In this document: positions 15,275-20,000 of the stretch, piece after piece | Layout of the letters: every line of letters starts with the position of its first letter | Position numbering within the stretch: position 1 is the stretch's first letter | Sequence record: SRR31156797_315 | Reading direction: 5' to 3' (one strand) | DNA: 20,000 bases | Program-made: the position numbers and the translations under genes | Notes under the pieces: model-generated | Database searches by the model: none | What the model was told of the DNA's origin: nothing | What the model saw: only the letters and a program-made list of their open reading frames with translations

Positions 15275-17995
15275 ATGAGATTTTCTTGTTTCATAATCAT
15301 ACTTTTAAGCAGCTTATCCTGTTTGGTTGTATCAGCACAAACCGGGACGGAACTTTTCCGGCCGGCCTATCATTTTTCGCCACAGCAAAACTGGATAAAT
15401 GATCCCAATGGCCTGGTGTATTACGATGGTGAATATCATCTTTTTTATCAGTACAATCCTTATGGTGACCAATGGGGCAATATGAGCTGGGGGCATGCCG
15501 TAAGCACTGATTTAGTGGAATGGGAAGAGTTGCCGGTTGCCATTCCAGTAACAGGTGGCGTTATGGCTTTTTCGGGAAGTGCTGTGGTGGATTGGGAAAA
15601 CACAAGCGGATTTGGAAATGGGACAGAGCCACCCATAGTAGCAATTTACACAGGAGCAGGAAACAACAGCCAGTCGCAGTATGTTGCCTACAGCAACGAC
15701 CGCGGAGGCAGCTTCCAATTGTATGATGAGAATCCTGTAATCAACCTGTTTGATGATGATTTTCGCGATCCGAAAGTATTTTGGCATCCCGAAACCAGCC
15801 GCTGGATCATGGTGGTTGCGCTTTCTTCAAAACACCGCATTCGTTTTTATAAGTCCACAAACCTCATCGACTGGGAATTTCTTCACGATTTTGGGAATGT
15901 GGGCGATCAGAGCGGCGTATGGGAATGTCCTGATCTTTTTCCGCTGACCGTTGATGGCGACAGTTTAAATATCAAGTGGGTGTTGCAGGTGGATGTTGGC
16001 CCGGGAAAATCGCAATATTTTACCGGTGATTTTGATGGCAATCAATTCATTGCTGACAAATATCCGCCCGAAACCATCCAATCGCTTCCTGAAGGAGCAT
16101 TGCTGGCTGATTTTGATGTTGAGGATTTTGGCGGCTGGACGGCTTCAGGGAATGCTTTTGGCAATGGCCCATCTTCGGGCGCTATCACAGATCAACTTCC
16201 TGTGGACGGGTTTCTGGGAAATGGTTTTGCAAACTCCTACCACGATGGCGATCAGGGCACCGGCATCCTCTCATCTCCCGCTTTTACCATCACACATCAA
16301 TTCCTGAACTTTAAAGTTGGCGGGGGAAATCACCCGGAATCATGTTTCGTGGTACTTTATGTAGATGGCCTTGAAATTTATAGTACAACGGGCAGAAACG
16401 ACGAATACTTATTTTGGGAAAGTTGGGATGTGGAAAATTACATCGGCCATCAGGCCAATATTCAGGTTGTGGATTATGCCACCTCCGGATGGGGCCACAT
16501 CAATGCCGATCATTTTTTCCTTTCTGACGCATCCATGTTGGGACCGGTGGAGGCAGAAGGAGCTATCTTTGACGACTTTGAGCAGGAAAGCTATCAGGGT
16601 TGGAATGTGCTGGGTGAAGCTTTTGGTGATGGGCCTGCCACAGGAACATTGCCCAACCAGATGGAGGTAAGCGGATACCTTGGAAACCGCCTGGTGAACT
16701 CATTCTTTGATGGCGACGTAACCCAGGGAAAAATGATCTCACAGAATTTTACCATCGACAGCAGTTATATCAGTTTTTTGATCGGCGGAGGAAACCACCC
16801 CGAAGGAACCTTTATTAGCCTGAAAGTTGCCGGAGAAGAAAAGTTCAGGGCAACCGGAAGCAACAGCGAAGCCCTGAAATGGGAAAGTTGGGATGTTTCT
16901 GGATTTTTGGGAGCTGGTGCACAAATAGAAATTGTGGATTCTGTTACCGGAGGCTGGGGCCATATTAACATCGATCATATTATCCAAACCAACAATCCTC
17001 CGCAAACAGAGGAGCCGGATTATGTTGATCATGGTAGAGATTTTTATGCAGTGCAATCCTATAACGATATTCCTGATTCGGATGGCCGCAGGATTTGGCT
17101 GGCCTGGATGAGCAACTGGCAATATGCCGGAGAGGTGCCCACATCACCCTGGCGCGGAATCATGTCGGTGCCGCGTGAGGTTGGACTAACCATGAATGAC
17201 AGCAGGTTTTTACTTACACAAAAGCCGGTTGAGGAATTGCAGGAACTGAGGGATACACTCATCAGTTTTGAAAACGATTTTGTAAGCCATATCAAACCAC
17301 AATTTGATCAAATCCGGTATCAGGTTTTTGAAATCCAGGCTACCATCGATTTGATGGATGCCGGTGAGTTTGGCTTTAAGGTAAGAACCGGAAGCAGCCA
17401 GGAAACCATCATTAAATATAATGCTGAGGCAGAAAAACTGATCTTCGACCGGTCATCATCAGGAAGCCTGACCAATCATGCTTCGTTTGCCGAAATGCAG
17501 GAAGCACCAATATCTCTGGTGGGCGGGAAAATCGATCTTCGTATTTTGGTGGATCATTGCTCGGTGGAGGTATTCGCCAATGATGGCACGGTGGTTTTTT
17601 CAAACCTTATTTTCCCGGATTCCTCCAGTACCGGAATGGATATTTTTAGCCTGGATGGAGATGCTTTTGTGGAAACTTTAAAAATATGGAAACTAAAAAC
17701 GCCATCATCAAATACGTCTGTGCCCTACATCAGCCCTATCCCGGGAGAAATATCAATTTCACCGAATCCGTCAAAGGGTTCAGATATTTGCATTTCCCTG
17801 AAAGATTCTAATAAAAAATTGCAACATATTGAGGTTTTAACGCTTCAGGGAAACATCATTTTCAAGTCCGGGCCAATTACGTCAACTTCATCTTTTGTCC
17901 TGAAGAAAAATATTTTTAACTGTCCGGGAATATATGTTGTTAAAGGAACTGCATCCGGTAAAAGGTTTTTTAGAAAAATCGTGGTAACGAAATAA
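15275..17995 (+). CDS. T9SS-secreted GH32 beta-fructofuranosidase/exo-inulinase with two inserted CBM38-like modules
   Basis: 906 aa. Signal peptide; WINDPNG, FSGSAVVD, FRDPKVFW, WECPDLF. A duplicated module of about 145 aa (~16094-16528 and ~16559-16993) lies between SQYFTGDFDG and DHGRDFYA. GH32C LRILVDHCSVEVF; CTD ISPNP...PGIYVV...RKIVVTK. Confidence 0.9.
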   Translation: MRFSCFIIILLSSLSCLVVSAQTGTELFRPAYHFSPQQNWINDPNGLVYYDGEYHLFYQYNPYGDQWGNMSWGHAVSTDLVEWEELPVAIPVTGGVMAFSGSAVVDWENTSGFGNGTEPPIVAIYTGAGNNSQSQYVAYSNDRGGSFQLYDENPVINLFDDDFRDPKVFWHPETSRWIMVVALSSKHRIRFYKSTNLIDWEFLHDFGNVGDQSGVWECPDLFPLTVDGDSLNIKWVLQVDVGPGKSQYFTGDFDGNQFIADKYPPETIQSLPEGALLADFDVEDFGGWTASGNAFGNGPSSGAITDQLPVDGFLGNGFANSYHDGDQGTGILSSPAFTITHQFLNFKVGGGNHPESCFVVLYVDGLEIYSTTGRNDEYLFWESWDVENYIGHQANIQVVDYATSGWGHINADHFFLSDASMLGPVEAEGAIFDDFEQESYQGWNVLGEAFGDGPATGTLPNQMEVSGYLGNRLVNSFFDGDVTQGKMISQNFTIDSSYISFLIGGGNHPEGTFISLKVAGEEKFRATGSNSEALKWESWDVSGFLGAGAQIEIVDSVTGGWGHINIDHIIQTNNPPQTEEPDYVDHGRDFYAVQSYNDIPDSDGRRIWLAWMSNWQYAGEVPTSPWRGIMSVPREVGLTMNDSRFLLTQKPVEELQELRDTLISFENDFVSHIKPQFDQIRYQVFEIQATIDLMDAGEFGFKVRTGSSQETIIKYNAEAEKLIFDRSSSGSLTNHASFAEMQEAPISLVGGKIDLRILVDHCSVEVFANDGTVVFSNLIFPDSSSTGMDIFSLDGDAFVETLKIWKLKTPSSNTSVPYISPIPGEISISPNPSKGSDICISLKDSNKKLQHIEVLTLQGNIIFKSGPITSTSSFVLKKNIFNCPGIYVVKGTASGKRFFRKIVVTK

Positions 17996-18033
17996 TTATA
18001 GAGAAAAATTTCACACCTTAAAAAGAAGATATC

Positions 18034-19629
18034 ATGCGCATCAATATTAAATTAGCTATCCTGTCTTTTGCAATATCTATCGTATTAACAGGTTGTTTAG
18101 AGCAGCCCCAAAATGAAGATAAAAACACTTCGGTGGCAATGGAGAAATATACCGAACAGTACCGGCCGCATTTTCATTTCACACCCGATTCGATGTGGAT
18201 GAACGATCCCAACGGAATGGTGTATTTCGAAGGTGAGTATCACCTTTTTTACCAGTATTACCCTGATGATAATGTTTGGGGGCCGATGCACTGGGGCCAT
18301 GCCATCAGCACAGATTTGGTGCATTGGGAGCATCTGCCCATCGGATTATATCCCGACGAACATGGCTGGATATTCTCGGGAAGTGCAGTGGTGGATTGGA
18401 ACAACACTTCAGGATTTGGTAGTATAGAAAACCCGCCATTAATTGCCATTTTTACGTATCACAATCACGAGATAGAAAAAGAAGGAAAGGATACGTTCCA
18501 GACACAAGGCATTGCCTACAGCACAGATAAAGGTCGCACATGGAAAGTGTATGATGGAAATCCTGTATTGGAAAATCCTGGTATCCGCGACTTCCGTGAC
18601 CCTAAAGTGTTCTGGTATGCACCGGATGAAAAATGGATTATGACATTGGCCATAAAAGACCATGTTGGGATTTATTCATCCAATAACCTAAAAAGCTGGA
18701 AGCATGAAAGCGATTTTGGTTTTGGCCACGGCATTCCGGATGTTTTATGGGAATGCCCGGATATGTTTTCCATGGAAATTGATGGAAAACAAAAGTGGGT
18801 GATGCTGGTGAGTACCAATCCGGGAGGTTTTAATGGTGGCTCTACCACGCAATATTTTATTGGTGGCTTCGATGGAGAGACTTTCATCAACGACAATCCT
18901 TCTGAAACAATCTTGTACCTGGATTGGGGTAAGGATAATTACGCGGGTGTAACCTGGTCGGATATTCCCGAAAAGGATGGCCGCCGTATTTTCATCGGCT
19001 GGATGAGTAACTGGCAGTATGCCACAAAAGTACCCACTGAACGGTGGCGAAGTGCCATGACCATTCCACGTACCCTGCAGTTGCAAAATATAAACGGCGA
19101 TATCCGGCTGAGATCAAAACCAGTTGCTGAGATGGAAAAGCTCAATAAAACAACGCAAATACTGGAAGCAGAAATTATTTCCGGAGAAGAGAAAATCGAC
19201 TTAAATCTGGCTGGAAGACCGGTGATCGGTAGGTTAGAAATAACCTTCCGGATGAGCAACGAAACACATTTTGGCTTTGCATCAGGATTTGGTATTGAGC
19301 TATCAAACAGCATAGGCGAAACCCTGACCATCGGTTATGAACCCGAAAAACAGCAATTGTTTTGTGATCGCACCAATGCAGGAAAAACTGATTTTAGCGA
19401 AGATTTCCCGGCAAGGGTCGTCGCCAATCATACCATTAAAAATGATGAATTAAAGCTTTCCGTTTTTATCGACGTGGCTTCCGCCGAAATATTTGCTGAT
19501 GGCGGCAAAACCGTAATGACCAATATCTTTTTTCCCAACGAAGATTTTAATCTGGTTAAGGTGTATTCAAAAAACGGCAGTGTAAAACTTAAGGAAGGTA
19601 AATACATTGCTTTCGACAGGATTTATTAA
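18034..19629 (+). CDS. GH32 beta-fructofuranosidase/levanase-type lipoprotein
   Basis: 531 aa. Lipobox LTGC; YRPHFHFTP, WMNDPNG, FSGSAVVD, FRDPKVFW, WECPDMF, DWGKDNYA, GWMSNWQYA; GH32C VFIDVASAEIF. Confidence 0.95.
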   Translation: MRINIKLAILSFAISIVLTGCLEQPQNEDKNTSVAMEKYTEQYRPHFHFTPDSMWMNDPNGMVYFEGEYHLFYQYYPDDNVWGPMHWGHAISTDLVHWEHLPIGLYPDEHGWIFSGSAVVDWNNTSGFGSIENPPLIAIFTYHNHEIEKEGKDTFQTQGIAYSTDKGRTWKVYDGNPVLENPGIRDFRDPKVFWYAPDEKWIMTLAIKDHVGIYSSNNLKSWKHESDFGFGHGIPDVLWECPDMFSMEIDGKQKWVMLVSTNPGGFNGGSTTQYFIGGFDGETFINDNPSETILYLDWGKDNYAGVTWSDIPEKDGRRIFIGWMSNWQYATKVPTERWRSAMTIPRTLQLQNINGDIRLRSKPVAEMEKLNKTTQILEAEIISGEEKIDLNLAGRPVIGRLEITFRMSNETHFGFASGFGIELSNSIGETLTIGYEPEKQQLFCDRTNAGKTDFSEDFPARVVANHTIKNDELKLSVFIDVASAEIFADGGKTVMTNIFFPNEDFNLVKVYSKNGSVKLKEGKYIAFDRIY

Positions 19630-19672
19630 TAAAGAAATTAGGAGGAGCATGTGATATGAAATTGCAATGTCG

Positions 19673-19944
19673 CAAAATTTTAGATTTCTCCCTCCATCCC
19701 GCACATGCGGGATTCCAGTCGAAATGACATGGTTACGAATATGTATGGGGGATGAAAGAAAGTGGGCGCGAAGCGCCCACTTTCTTTCATCCCCCGCAAA
19801 CCCGCCAAAGCTCTGTCACCTCGAAGGAGCTTGCGACTGAGAGGTCTGTTTAATGGATGAGTTTTCAAAGCCTTACAAAAAGATGTCATTAGTAGCGAAG
19901 CAGCCTGCCCCGAGTTTTCGGGGAAGGAGAAATCTAAAATTTTG
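19673..19944. repeat. Nested palindromic REP/REPIN- or MITE-like element
   Basis: 19-bp perfect outer inverted repeat CAAAATTTTAGATTTCTCC (19673-19691) / GGAGAAATCTAAAATTTTG (19926-19944). Central 23-bp perfect hairpin (19747-19795) with GAA loop. Three related TGTCA...TCT units: 19682-19729 (reverse), 19814-19847 and 19884-19935. Confidence 0.8.
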
Positions 19945-19964
19945 TGGCAATAGCTTTTAAGAGG

Positions 19965-19994
19965 AATCAGGATGACTCGTCCTGATTTTTGTTT
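19965..19994 (+). terminator. Intrinsic terminator ending the PUL transcript
   Basis: AATCAGGATG / CGTCCTGATT stem (19965-19987, one G-U pair) followed by TTTGTTT. Confidence 0.7.
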
Positions 19995-20000
19995 ACAGTT

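Noticed and set aside
4829-19331. Numerous 60-170 aa ORFs nested in or antisense to the PUL genes
   Set aside because: They overlap long motif-rich genes and show no independent coding signal.
19640-19889. AGGAGG followed by a 23-codon ORF (19656-19727), and the 69-aa - strand ORF 19680-19889
   Set aside because: Both read through the palindromic repeat element and have no protein-like features.

Overview
Bacteroidota-type DNA (SusC/SusD pair, T9SS C-terminal domains, mostly A-rich start regions). Most of the window (2343-19629, + strand) is an apparently intact fructan polysaccharide-utilisation locus (PUL), probably for inulin. Gene order: sugar-porter MFS, PfkB fructokinase, SusC, SusD, two DUF4960-type surface lipoproteins and three GH32 enzymes. 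The GH32s are a LamG-GH32-T9SS protein with Glu at the nucleophile position (endo-inulinase-like), a GH32 with two CBM38-like repeats inserted into the catalytic domain plus a T9SS tail, and a lipoprotein GH32. A divergent GH3+PA14 glycosidase (1964 to <1, - strand) runs off the left edge and is missing from the ORF track. Non-coding signals: (i) an orphan 17-nt tRNA-3'-end-like fragment plus terminator left of the PUL, a possible att scar of an integrated island; (ii) an operator-like palindrome; (iii) a heptamer repeat array between the MFS and kinase genes; (iv) a structured U-rich 196-nt spacer with several antisense-start-codon motifs, a candidate PUL-embedded sRNA; (v) a nested REP/REPIN-like palindromic element with a 23-bp perfect hairpin after the last gene. 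No regulator or integrase gene is visible. All family assignments come from motif recognition by eye, not database searches.
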